From the NCBI GenBank assembly GCA_965218795.1, contig OZ244653.1:2976001-3040000 (forward strand): a stretch of 64,000 bases of DNA. Direction: 5' to 3'. Source of the stretch: a bacterium. GTDB taxonomy: Bacteria; UBA8248; JACPRG01; G963555815. The notes under the pieces are model-generated. The model ran no database searches. It had not been told where the DNA came from and saw nothing but the letters and a program-made list of their open reading frames with translations. How positions within the stretch are numbered: position 1 is the first letter of the stretch; each line of letters begins with the position of its first letter. Shown piece after piece: positions 9,599 through 19,724 of this stretch. A program made the translations under genes and the position numbers.

Positions 9599-10591
9599 TT
9601 GTCTCGCGTACCGCTGACACTGGCCTGTTGGGATTACGATCGCACCCGCCCTCTGCGCGACGGGACGGTTCTAGTGGACGGTGTCGACCTGAATTATCTC
9701 CCGCTTCCGGTCGAAGAAATTTTTTGGCGGATGTGCCAGTTCGAGGAATTCGATGCGTCCGAAATGAGCCTGTCCGCCTATCTCCTGTACAGGACGCGAC
9801 CGAACCCGCCCTTCATTGCCATCCCCGTGTTCCCGTCCAGAATGTTCCGCCACGCATTTGTCTTCATCAATGTCCATTCCGGTATCCGACAACCCGAAGA
9901 CCTCAAGGGGAAGCGGCTGGGAATTCCCGAGTGGGCGATGACGGCCATTGTCTGGCTGAAGGGAACATTCCAGCACGAGTACGGCGTAAAGCCTGAGGAT
10001 GTGGAATTCCGTGTGGGCGGGTTGGAAAATCCCGGACGCAAGGAGCGGCTCGAAATTGCTTTGCCGGCGGGCGTCAAGGTCTCAGAAATTCCCGAAGACA
10101 GGACGCTCAGCGATGAACTGGACGAGGGGGGGATCGACGCGCTGTTCACCTCTCGGATCCCCCGATGCTTTCGGGAGGGGTCGCCCAACGTGCGCCGCCT
10201 CTTCGAAAACCACAAACAGGTCGAGATGGATTATTTCAAGCGGACGGGGATATTCCCGATTATGCATACCGTGGTGATCAAAGAAGAGATTGTTCGGGAA
10301 CACCCTTGGATTACGCAAAACCTCTATAAGGCGTTTTGCGAGGCAAAGGCAATTGCGGATGAATGGTTGCGCGACACCCAGGCCATTCGTTACACGCTCC
10401 CGTGGCTTCTGACGGAAATAGAGGAGGAAGAAGCGCTCATGGGGAAAGACTTATGGCCTTATGGCGTTGAAGAAAACCGCAAAACGCTGGAAGCCCTGAT
10501 CCGGTATTCCATCGAGCAAGGACTGGCCGAGCGGGAGATCCCGATCGAAGAGCTATTTCCGGAGAATACACAATCGCCTTTCAGGGTTTAG
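9599..10591 (+). CDS. 4,5-dihydroxyphthalate-decarboxylase-like protein (periplasmic-binding-protein II fold)
   Basis: LTLACWDYDRTRPL.DG, IPVFPSR.FRH, TGIFPIMH and WPYG.E.NR motifs. No signal peptide. TTG start with RBS GGAGG. Confidence 0.8.
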   Translation: MSRVPLTLACWDYDRTRPLRDGTVLVDGVDLNYLPLPVEEIFWRMCQFEEFDASEMSLSAYLLYRTRPNPPFIAIPVFPSRMFRHAFVFINVHSGIRQPEDLKGKRLGIPEWAMTAIVWLKGTFQHEYGVKPEDVEFRVGGLENPGRKERLEIALPAGVKVSEIPEDRTLSDELDEGGIDALFTSRIPRCFREGSPNVRRLFENHKQVEMDYFKRTGIFPIMHTVVIKEEIVREHPWITQNLYKAFCEAKAIADEWLRDTQAIRYTLPWLLTEIEEEEALMGKDLWPYGVEENRKTLEALIRYSIEQGLAEREIPIEELFPENTQSPFRV

Positions 10592-10705
10592 GCTTCCCCT
10601 CTCAGCCCTGCTGCATTCGCCCGAAATTCCGCCTCTTGCGGTTGTCACCAGAAATCTCTGAACCTTCTGTCGTCACTGTGACAGTAGCATCCTGAAGGTC
10701 GGGCT

Positions 10706-10870
10706 CAGCGGCAAAGCTGTTTTTGTCCTCCTCCACAGAGGATGCCGACGTCTTTCTCGTCCTCCGAGTCTTCGCCCCCGACGGGGAAGAAGTCTTTTTT
10801 CAGGGCCAGAGCGATCCTCACACGCCGATTGGCCAAGGCTGGCTGCGGGCGTCGCACCGGAAGCTCGCCC
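10706..10870 (+). pseudogene. CocE/NonD-family hydrolase C-terminal fragment
   Basis: SSSTEDADVFLVLRVF.PDG...DPHTPIGQGWLRASHRKL with no N-terminus. Confidence 0.7.
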
Positions 10871-10892
10871 CGAGCGTCACGCCGATTGCGCT

Positions 10893-11603
10893 TCATCCTG
10901 ACCCTTCCATCCTGATCGGGATGGAGTCCATCAGCCGGAGCTCTCTCCTGGTTATCCTGCAGGTGAGGGCTTTCACCGTCACCCCCCACCCAACGGCCTC
11001 CCTGAGCGCTTGGCTGAATTCCGCGTCATTCTCGTCATTGGCGGAAAAAGATATTGCATCGGACCGGGCGACGACGAACAGAATCGCGGCTCGGTCGCCG
11101 CGGCGGACCCTTTCGGTCAAGTAGCGCAGGTGCTTCGTACCGCGTGGCGTGGGAGCATCCGGAAAGAGCGCGACGCCATTCTCCACCAGCGTGACGCATT
11201 TGGTTTCAACGAGACAGGGCGGGATCCCATTCCCTTCAAAAAGAAAGTCGAGCCGTCCCGCCGGAATGCGAGGTTCGGGGACGGCAATCGAATAGGTTTC
11301 AAACCCGGGCAGGACTCCGTCTTCCACCGCTTCCTTCACCAATCGGTTGGGGTTCCGGGCATCCACACAGACCCAACCCCGGCCTTCGGGCCGCCCTGCA
11401 AGCAGGAGGTCGTAGCGGGTCTTGCGGTTTGGACCTGCAACGGGCAGGAGGAGAACGCGGTTGCCCGGGAAGAGGAGTTCGCCCAGCCGTCCGGAGTTTG
11501 GGACATGGACGGCCGACACCTTGCGTCCGATGCGAACTTCCGCTCGAAATCGGTTCGCCCGACGGAGGAAGACTCCCTCGACCGCAGTCGCTGGAACCCG
11601 CAT
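10893..11603 (-). CDS. sfsA: DNA/RNA nuclease SfsA (sugar fermentation stimulation protein)
   Basis: RANRF, HVPNSGRL.ELL, RLDF, ETKCVTL and FPDAPT.RG.KHL motifs. Confidence 0.93.
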   Translation of the reverse strand: MRVPATAVEGVFLRRANRFRAEVRIGRKVSAVHVPNSGRLGELLFPGNRVLLLPVAGPNRKTRYDLLLAGRPEGRGWVCVDARNPNRLVKEAVEDGVLPGFETYSIAVPEPRIPAGRLDFLFEGNGIPPCLVETKCVTLVENGVALFPDAPTPRGTKHLRYLTERVRRGDRAAILFVVARSDAISFSANDENDAEFSQALREAVGWGVTVKALTCRITRRELRLMDSIPIRMEGSG

Positions 11604-11617
11604 AGGAAATCGGTTCT

Positions 11618-11839
11618 TTAGAAATAGCTCGCCAGAATCGGCGCTAGAATCAATGCCGGAAGCAGGTTCGCCACACGGATCTGCTTGATGTCCAGAAGCA
11701 GCAATCCGATGGCGAGGCTGGCCAATCCTAGTCCGTGCAGAACGATTTCCCGCGCTCTGTCGGGTAGATGCTTTCCCACGGCAAGGCCCAAGGCGGATCC
11801 CGCTAGGACCGCGGCCGCGTTGACGATGGTTCCCGTCAT
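11618..11839 (-). pseudogene. DUF554-family membrane protein with large in-frame internal deletion
   Basis: N-terminus GTIVNAAAV..GS.LG is fused directly to C-terminus IRVANLLPAL; only 73 aa. Confidence 0.75.
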
Positions 11840-11864
11840 CGCGCACCTCGTATCTGTTCAGAAA

Positions 11865-13190
11865 TCAGGAAGGCAATTGTGAATCGGCCGTCGTATTCTG
11901 ATCGGCCCGGGCGATGGGACGCACCTTCCGGGGTGCGGCAACCCATATTCCGATCACGGTCAATATATAGATCGCGAGGAGTCCCTGCAGAGCGGGAAGA
12001 TAAGTTCCCATTCGATCGTATGCGAGACCGACCAGCCAGGGCCCAAGGGCCGCTCCAATCCCCGTCCCCGTCTGAATCAATCCGAAGATGACGCCGAAAT
12101 TTTTCCCATGGAAGATATCGGCCTTGAGGGACGATGAGATTGTCCCTGTAGCTCCCGATCCCAACCCATGCAAAATGGCGAAGGCGTAAAGGATCAAAGG
12201 TGCCCCCGGTTGCGCGAAAATCAAGGCCATTGTGCCGACGAAGGTCAAGAGGCTGAATACGGTGACTCCCATCTCGCGGCCGAAGCGGTCAGAGAAATAC
12301 CCGCCGAGAATTCCGCCTCCGGAACGGAAAGCAGCGCTGAGGCCGAAGATGGTTGCGGCAAAGAGATTCGTAAACCCCACGTCGCCGATATAGGCAACGG
12401 TGTGAACCAGAAGGCCGGAAAAGCCAATCCCGCTGATAATGCCGACAATCGCGAGGGTCCAGAACCGATGGGATCGCAAAGCTTCAGCCAGTGTGGGGCC
12501 GGTCACGCTCGGTCGAGTTTCGCCCTTTACGGGAGGCTCATGGTCCGGATCGCCGAGCCGGGTCAACCCCTTGTCCGCCGGATGGCCCCGCTGAAAGATG
12601 GCCAGAAGCGGAAAGAGAACGACAAATACCAGCAAGCCTAAAAAGAGATAGGCGTTTCGCCAGCCGACGGTTTGGATCGCATACTGGATGAGAGGAAGCA
12701 GAATCAGTGCTCCAATTCCCCGTCCTGCGTTTGCGATCCCCAGGGCAAGTGCCCGGTGGCGAAAAAACCAGTTGGAAATGATGAGCACATTGGGGATGAA
12801 GCCGATATGCGTTACACCTATGGCAAGCAAAAATCCGTAGAAAAAATAGAGATGCCAAAGTGAAGTAATGAGGCTGGATCCCATCACCCCCGCGGTCAGG
12901 ATGACCACGCCGAACGGCATGACCTTTCGGGCCCCGAACTTGTCGAAGAGCCAACCCACCAAGGGACCGCAGGCACTGAAGACCAACATGCTGAGGGAGA
13001 AGGCGCCTGCGGTATCCGCCCGGCCCCAATGAAAGGTATCCAGGATGGCAACGTAAAAAATCGAAAAGGAGCCGTTCGTCGTCCCCCCCACGGCCAACGT
13101 GAGGAAACAGATCCCCACGATCGTCCATCCGTAGTAAATTCGAGGTTTAGGCGGAGAGAGGGCGGACTCGGTCAAGGGCGGCCCCTTCAT
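11865..13190 (-). CDS. MFS transporter (OFA/MCT-like)
   Basis: IYYGWTIV, G.LFDKFG.R and G.FSDRFGR motifs; about 12 hydrophobic segments. Confidence 0.92.
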   Translation of the reverse strand: MKGPPLTESALSPPKPRIYYGWTIVGICFLTLAVGGTTNGSFSIFYVAILDTFHWGRADTAGAFSLSMLVFSACGPLVGWLFDKFGARKVMPFGVVILTAGVMGSSLITSLWHLYFFYGFLLAIGVTHIGFIPNVLIISNWFFRHRALALGIANAGRGIGALILLPLIQYAIQTVGWRNAYLFLGLLVFVVLFPLLAIFQRGHPADKGLTRLGDPDHEPPVKGETRPSVTGPTLAEALRSHRFWTLAIVGIISGIGFSGLLVHTVAYIGDVGFTNLFAATIFGLSAAFRSGGGILGGYFSDRFGREMGVTVFSLLTFVGTMALIFAQPGAPLILYAFAILHGLGSGATGTISSSLKADIFHGKNFGVIFGLIQTGTGIGAALGPWLVGLAYDRMGTYLPALQGLLAIYILTVIGIWVAAPRKVRPIARADQNTTADSQLPS

Positions 13191-13364
13191 CTCGTTGAGA
13201 TCTGTGACACCGGACGATGGATTGGTTGAGCGTCGGGCTTTTGGCGTGTACGGGACTCAATGATTCATCCTACGAGCAGCCCATGCCGGGACCGCCCGGG
13301 ATGTCGGATGCGTGATGGGTCGAATTTCTAGAAGATGGAGCGTCTCGGAGGGGCGCGCCTTGTT

Positions 13365-14465
13365 TCAAACCCTCATGGGCATGACGACACAGAAATAATC
13401 CTTCTCGCCACTGGGCGCAATCAGCGTAGAGCTTAATGAATCCTTGAGGTCGATTCGAAGCTTCTCATCCTCAACCACAGACAAAAAGTCGAGAATATAT
13501 CGCGAATTGAACCCGATGGTCATCTCCTCGCCCTTATAGTCGATCTCAACCTCTTCGTTCGCCTCTCCCACTTCGGACGTATCGCTGATCATGGAGAGAA
13601 GCCCTTCCTGGAATTTGAGCTTGACCATTCGGGATTTCTCGTTGGCCATCAAGGAAACGCGCCGCAAGCCGCCTACGAAATCCTCTTTGGAGACAGTCAC
13701 TCGTTTGTCGTTTGCCTTGGGGATGACCTGTTGATAATTCGGGAACTGGCCTTCGATGAGCCGCGAAACCAACACCATCGAATCCAATTGAAACAATATG
13801 TGGTTTTCCTGCCGTTGAAATTGCGCGGTCTCGACGTCGTCCCCCAGGACCTTCAAAAGCTCCTGGATCGCCTTGCGATGGATGATGATCCCGATATCCT
13901 CCGTCAGGCTCTCGAATGACTGTGAGATACAGGCCAGTCGGTGTCCGTCTGTCGCCACAAGACTGAGCGTTCCCCCCTTTGCCTCGAAGAAAATACCGTT
14001 CAAGGCCGTCCGGGTTTCGTCCGAGGAAATCGCAAACTGGGTTTTCCGGATCATCTGGCCAAAATCGCCGGCCGGCAGAGGGATCGAGGGGGTATCGTTG
14101 AATGTGGGAACTTTCGGAAATTCATTGGGGTCCAAGCCCGGAAACCGAAATTTGGATCGGGCACAAGTCATTCGAACCCAATGGTCCTCGTCCGCTTCCA
14201 GATGAACCTCTGATTCCGGGAGTTCCCGGACGACATCAAAAACCTTCCGAGCCGGAAGGGTCACTCGTCCTGGCGTACTCACCTGGCCTTCATAGCTGGC
14301 TCGCAGGCTGATATCAAGATCAGTAGCCGACACCCAAACGGTTCCATCTTCCCCCTCCAGCAAGAGGTGTTGGAGGATAGGCATCGCGCTGCTCCGGCTC
14401 TCTGCGATTCCTTGCACGCGCGAAAGGGCCTTCTGAAGTTCGGCCTTCCCAATTGTTACGTCCAT
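13365..14465 (-). CDS. dnaN: DNA polymerase III subunit beta (sliding clamp)
   Basis: ATDL, VATDGHRL, SRLIEGQFPNY, IGFN..Y and C-terminal VVMPMR motifs. Confidence 0.97.
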   Translation of the reverse strand: MDVTIGKAELQKALSRVQGIAESRSSAMPILQHLLLEGEDGTVWVSATDLDISLRASYEGQVSTPGRVTLPARKVFDVVRELPESEVHLEADEDHWVRMTCARSKFRFPGLDPNEFPKVPTFNDTPSIPLPAGDFGQMIRKTQFAISSDETRTALNGIFFEAKGGTLSLVATDGHRLACISQSFESLTEDIGIIIHRKAIQELLKVLGDDVETAQFQRQENHILFQLDSMVLVSRLIEGQFPNYQQVIPKANDKRVTVSKEDFVGGLRRVSLMANEKSRMVKLKFQEGLLSMISDTSEVGEANEEVEIDYKGEEMTIGFNSRYILDFLSVVEDEKLRIDLKDSLSSTLIAPSGEKDYFCVVMPMRV

Positions 14466-14551
14466 ATCTCCTCCGGCAGAAGGGGGTTGTCTCCAGAACG
14501 GATCGAAAAAAACAGGGTGCACCGGGCGACGCAATGCGTCCATTCGTTCTT

Positions 14552-16590
14552 CTATGGCTTTTTCCCTTTGGGCATCAGTTTTGGAAATGTCACCTCGCTG
14601 CCCACGGTCACCTTGGACCGAAACAGATCAGGATTATATCGGGCCACGACCCAATATGGAACTTCATACTTATGGTGAGCGAGTTCCCAGAGGCTCTCAC
14701 CCTTTTGGATGGTGTGGTGGAAGGTTCCAATCACCCTGTACCGCTCATGAAAATCATCTTCCAGACTTTTATGATATTCCAATCGCCTGTTTTCAAATTC
14801 TTCCCGGGTTGCGCGGCGGAAGCTCAGTAAGAGTTTCTGACCCATCCGAATGGCCCGCCCCGGGCGCAGTCTGTTGAGACGCCGTAGGACCCTTGGGCTT
14901 GTTTTCAGCCATTCGGCGAAATGACCCAGGGTTTCCTCCGCTTCCACCCGCGTCCACCCCCGTCCGGGCGATCGGCCCGTCACCCGAACCGAGGGCAACT
15001 TCTTCCACTCCGGCCATTCTACATCTTTTGACTCCGCCGTCTTCTTCCCTTCGGAGAAAGGCTTTGAAACGGCGGGAGGACTCTTGGCAGCGGATTCGGA
15101 CGATTTGGGTTCGACAGGTTTCCCCCCCGGCCCAGCGGCCCAGGCGGTCGCCAATTGGATACCGGGTGCTTTCTTCGCCGTACCGGCGCCCTTGAGGGTT
15201 TCCTCCGATTTCCGCAGGCGCGGGGTTTTTGATACAGGGGAAGGTCGGGTCGTGACGCTCTTTACCCCGGGGATAGACAGAATTTTCCCAGCGCGAATCC
15301 GGGAGATATTTCTCACATCGTTCACTGCGGCCAGCGCCCGGACCGTTGTCTTGAATCGCCGTGCGATCAACCCCAACGAATCGCCTCGTCTCACGCGGTA
15401 CCAGCGGATCCGCTTTTGATCGCTTCGTTTCAACTTTGCGGGCAAAGAAGCATAGCGCTGTCGCAGGCGGCTCAATCGGCCGGCGGGTACTCGAAGCAAG
15501 TACCCCTTGGGGATATGCCGTTCCCCCCTTAACACCGGTACACGGAGTCCTGGATTATAGTTTTTCAGTTCTTGAAAGGTCAGGAGGTCTCGACCTGTTA
15601 TTGCCTCCGCGGATACATACGCCGGCATTCGGAAGGTTTCATAGCGTCGCGGTCTCTGCTTTTGAATGGGTCCGAAGTGACGTCGGGCTCTTTTTGACAC
15701 CCTTCGCGCCGCGAGAAATTCTGCGTAGAAATTCCTGGATGCAAACCCGAAGGTTCGCCCACTGTATTTCCTGATGATGGTGGGAAGATGCTTCGTGCCC
15801 ACCTGGCGGACTGCGCGCGCCATTCCCGCACGGCCGTGATTGTAAGCCGTAACCGCAAGCGGCCAGCTCCCCAGTTCCTGATAATTCTGTCGGAGAAGCT
15901 TAGCGGCCGCGTGCGTGGCCTTTATCGGGTCTCGGCGCTCATCCACGTCATAGTTGATCTTCATGAACAAGCGGCCCGTGGAGCGCGTAAACTGCCAGAC
16001 GCCGACCGCACCGAGGCGGGAGTATGCTCGGTAATTGAAGGAAGATTCCACGTGGGGAAGGTAGGCAATATCCGCCGGAAGGCCGTGCTTCTTAAAAATC
16101 CTTCTCATCTCCTGGATGTAGAGTCCTGACCAGGCGATCCCCTGGGGCGAAACTTTTCGCGCAATCCCTGCTGGGCTCGCACATTTCGGGCAGCCCGTCG
16201 AAATGACCGTCTTTTCCGTCGGAGTTCCCTGTAGATTCTCTGTTGCTTCCGGGGAAGCTTTTCGATGTTCGGTGTCTTCTTGGACCATCGGAGGAGAAGA
16301 GCCGCGTAGCGGGTTCGGGCGCGTTTTGCATTCCTCCACCTTATTTTTTCGCCTCTCCGGCCGGACCCTTCACTCAGGTCAACCACGTCATAGACGAGAC
16401 TTAGATGCTCCGCGTCGTGGATGACCGCTTGGCTTCGGCTGTATTTCGTGAAGATGCCGACCCAGAATTCGACAGCGTCTTCCAGCCCCTTGGGGACAGG
16501 AAACGGGTCCTTCGCCGATGCCGTCCCTATCCAAAAAAGAAACAATAAGGATGCCAGGGCAATTCGTGATTTCCACGATCCGATTTGCAT
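14552..16590 (-). CDS. LysM-domain lytic transglycosylase (MltD-like), frameshifted near 16145
   Basis: Signal peptide and AVEFW N-terminal part in one frame. SLT motifs (VESSF, GAVGVWQF, AYNHG) and LysM repeats in another frame, joined at a C-run (TTTCGCCCCAGGGG on the minus strand). Confidence 0.82.
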
Positions 16591-16796
16591 GGCGATGGGT
16601 TTCCTGCCGGGCGGGTTGTCTCGGCAAGGGGCCGACTTGAGTGAACTGAAAATTCGGTTGCCAAATGTGCTATAAGGGAAAATAAGGTAACAAATCACAT
16701 GCCAAAGCGTCAAGAGAGTTTATAAGTTTATTAATAAAATCCATTGTTTTCAAACCTCCAAGATGAATCGATTTTGTCTTCAGCCAATTTTCTCTC

Positions 16797-16826
16797 TTGA
16801 CATTGGGTCGGCTCAGACCGTAATGT
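16797..16826 (+). promoter_or_regulatory. Putative sigma70 promoter
   Basis: TTGACA followed 16-18 nt later by CGTAAT/TAATGT, downstream of an AT-rich tract. Confidence 0.5.
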
Positions 16827-16855
16827 GAAATCAACGCGGGAAAGGAGGTGATCGA

Positions 16856-16900
16856 TTGAAAAAGTCTTCATGTAGCGATCGCGAGGTGGCCGAGGTCTGA
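16856..16900 (+). other. Candidate 14-aa small ORF (MKKSSCSDREVAEV) or structured RNA
   Basis: Extended SD AAAGGAGGTGAT at 16841 precedes a TTG start; bounded by a promoter and a terminator. Confidence 0.45.
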
Positions 16901-16958
16901 CGACCTAACCCGGTGTTAGCCGGGCAGGCGCCCAGGCTAATCTAAGTCGGCACCACCG

Positions 16959-17011
16959 AAAAATCCCCGGGCGGTATGGCCTATGAGACCTTTCGCCGGG
17001 GGATTTTTTTT
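16959..17011 (+). terminator. Intrinsic terminator
   Basis: AAAAATCCCCGGGCG...CGCCGGGGGATTTTTTTT stem followed by a U-tract. Confidence 0.7.
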
Positions 17012-17136
17012 GTGCTTGACTTTCGTTCTCATTTCGAAAAAAATACGTTCAATCATTGAAATCAAATTTCCCTACAATCCGGAAGGTCGCATCACAAAGG
17101 GATTCAACGAAAAGAGGCAAAAAGAAGGAGTAAACG

Positions 17137-17739
17137 ATGTACCTCACAAAACGGCAGCGACAGATATTGGATTTCATTAAAGAGTTCATCGAAGAGAAGG
17201 GTTATTCCCCGAGTCTGGAGGAGATCGGGGCGGGGTTCGGTTTGACCTCTCCAGCAACAGTTCATAAGCACGTGATGAATCTGATTGATAAAGGCCTCCT
17301 AAGACGAGGCTGGAACCGGAGTCGGTCGATCGAGGTGCTGGAGGGGAGAAATCCCGAGCCCGTCAAGGAACTGCCATTGCTGGGATATATCGCAGCGGGA
17401 AGCCCGCTGGAGGCGGTTCTCGATCAGACCACCATTGCGCTTCCCTGGACCGAAGCCGGAGCACGTAGGCTCTATGTCCTTCAAGTCAAAGGACAGTCCA
17501 TGATCGAGGATCATATTGAAGACGGCGATTATGTCATTGTGGAGGAACGACAAACCGCCAATAACGGAGAAACGGTTGTCGCCCTGCTTCGCGATAACGA
17601 GGCGACCCTAAAGCGTTTTTACCGCGAAAACAGCCACATTCGCCTCCAGCCGGCAAACCGGGAGATGGAGCCCATCCTCGTGAGTGAGAGCGAACTGCGG
17701 ATTCAGGGAATCGTGGTTGGAATTCTCCGAAAATACTGA
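17137..17739 (+). CDS. lexA: SOS repressor LexA
   Basis: LTKRQ..I..FI...GYSPS..EI HTH, IAAG cleavage site, GQSM Ser and ATLKR Lys. Confidence 0.97.
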   Translation: MYLTKRQRQILDFIKEFIEEKGYSPSLEEIGAGFGLTSPATVHKHVMNLIDKGLLRRGWNRSRSIEVLEGRNPEPVKELPLLGYIAAGSPLEAVLDQTTIALPWTEAGARRLYVLQVKGQSMIEDHIEDGDYVIVEERQTANNGETVVALLRDNEATLKRFYRENSHIRLQPANREMEPILVSESELRIQGIVVGILRKY

Positions 17740-17744
17740 AAAAC

Positions 17745-18355
17745 TTACCTCCGGTCCTCCGCAATACTGTGGGTAATGAAAAGGACCGTCTTCCGGGTCT
17801 TCTGCCAGATCCGCAAGAGCTCCAGATTCATTTCATCCCGGGTGATGGCGTCCAGCGCGCCGAACGGCTCATCCATCAACAACAGAGGCGGGTCATGGAT
17901 TAATGCCCGCGTGATTGAAGCTCGCTGTTGTATCCTCCCTGAAAGTTCACCGGGATACTTGTCCTCGAACCCGTTGAGGCCAACGAGATTGAGAAGCTCC
18001 ATCGCCCGGTCCCGATAATCCGAGACGTTCATCTTACGGGCCTCAATCTGCAACAGCACATTATCGAGGGTCTTTCGCCATTCCAGCAACACGGGCGATT
18101 GGAAGACGATCCCCACATTGGTCAACGGACCACGAACCGGGGCTCTCCCGAAACGTCCACGGTCCCTTCCGTCGGTGACAGCAATCCGGCGGTCAGCTTC
18201 AGCAGGGTGGTCTTCCCGCAGCCGCTCCGGCCTACAACCGTGAGGAACTCACCGTCTCCGACGTTCAGGTCAACCTCTTCCAGGGCGATGACCTCCCGAT
18301 CCGCTCCCGGATTGTAGACCTTTCGAAGACCCCGGTATTCGATGACGTTCGCCAA
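17745..18355 (-). pseudogene. NitT/TauT-type ABC ATPase, frameshifted (~18140) and 3'-truncated
   Basis: Walker A GRSGCGKT in one frame; LSGR..QR, LLMDEPF and FITHS in another; stops just after the H-loop. Confidence 0.82.
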
Positions 18356-18365
18356 ACGTGCTCCC

Positions 18366-18522
18366 TTACATCCCCGGGTTGGGGCGGATGAACTGGTTTG
18401 TATAGACCTTCTTGTAATCGACATGCGGGGAGAGCTTGAAATGCTTGTTGGCCGTCGCCACCGACTTCCGGACCATGGATTCCTTCATGTAGCCGAGGCT
18501 TTTCCCTTTGACTGCCGGGTCC
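18366..18522 (-). pseudogene. C-terminal fragment of an ABC substrate-binding protein (NMT1/SsuA-like), cut by IS30
   Basis: Translates ...AVKGKSLGYMKESM...DYKKVYTNQFIRPNPGM* and begins at the IS boundary. Confidence 0.6.
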
Positions 18523-19724
18523 GGCGGTCTCAAGGGGTTGACGCACCATCTTGGTAATGATCAACTCATTGCCAGGGGGTGGTGATGCGGCCACGGGAGG
18601 AGCATGGAAGGCTAAGCAGGAGTGATCGCCTCGAGATCAGAGAACGGATCAGAGCCGGTCAGACACACGCGGAGATCGCATCAGCCATCGGATGCTCCAC
18701 GAAGTCGGTGCAGCGGTTGCTGGTACGGACGGGCGGCTACCCGCCACGTCGGCGAGTGCGTTCTCCACTTCGACTGACGGTTGGGGAGCGAGAGGAGATT
18801 TCACGAGGGTTGAAGGCTGGCGATTCGTTCAGAGCGATCGCCAGGCGGCTGAATCGAGCGCCCTCAACCATCTCGCGGGAAGTAGTCGCCAACGGATCTC
18901 GGAACCGATATCGAGCTTGGCGCGCCGACCGAAGACGGCGAAGCTGGCACGCAACCCACGGCTGCGTGCGAAGGTAGAGCGGTGGCTCGCCCAGCGCTGG
19001 TCCCCGGAGCAGATTGCCCATCGCCTCAAGCTCGAGCATCCTGACGACCCCGAGATGCATGTGTCTCACGAGACGATCTATCGGTCCTTGTTCGTCCAAG
19101 CCCGCGGGGTGCTCCGTAAAGAGCTCACAGCGTATCTGCGAACCCGACGCACACGCAGACATTCTCGGCGACGGCTCGACGGTGCCGGCCGGCTGCGCAA
19201 CATGGTCTCGATCGCCGAACGACCGCCTGAGGCTTCCGATCGGGCCATCCCGGGGCATTGGGAGGGGGACCTGATCCTTGGCGAGGTAGGTCACTCAGCC
19301 ATCGGTGTGGTGGTCGAGCGGAGGAGTCTGTATGTGCTGCTCCTCCACCTTCCGGACGGGCGGGGGGCTCCTGAGGTTCGGCGGGTCCTCGCCGAACAGT
19401 TGACGGCTTTGCCCAACCAACTCCGTTGCACGCTCACCTGGGACCAGGGCAAGGAGATGGCCGAGCACGTCCGCTTCACCATCGAGACCGGCGTTGCCGT
19501 CTACTTCTGCGATCCGAAAAGCCCATGGCAGCGCGCAACGAGCGAGAACACCAAGGGTCTCTTGCGTCAGTACTTCCCGAAGGGGACTGACCTATCCCTC
19601 CACTCCCAGGACGAGCTCGACGCCGTCGCTCGAGAGTTCAACGCCCGCCCTCGACAAACGCTCGGCTGGATGACACCATGTGAGGTCTTCGCCAAGTCCG
19701 TTGCGTTGACCCCTTGAGACCGCC
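18523..19724 (+). mobile_element. IS30-family insertion sequence
   Basis: Terminal inverted repeats GGCGGTCTCAAGGGGTTGACGCA / TGCGTTGACCCCTTGAGACCGCC enclose the transposase. Confidence 0.92.
18585..19717 (+). pseudogene. IS30 transposase, frameshifted near 18925
   Basis: HTH (RAIARRLNRAPSTISRE) in one frame; WSPEQI, SHETIY, GHWEGD, TWDQGKE and SPWQR..ENT in another. Confidence 0.88.

Noticed and set aside
16670-16800. AT-rich tract near dnaN as a possible oriC
   Set aside because: No cluster of DnaA boxes (TTATCCACA) seen; more likely a divergent promoter region.
16841-16853. AAAGGAGGTGATC equals the reverse complement of the 16S rRNA 3' end
   Set aside because: The adjacent sequence does not continue as 16S rRNA; it is better explained as a strong Shine-Dalgarno site.
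17016-17052. Possible LexA operator (GTTC...GAAA...GTTC) over the lexA promoter
   Set aside because: It does not cleanly match a LexA box I know, and cannot be supported without comparative data.
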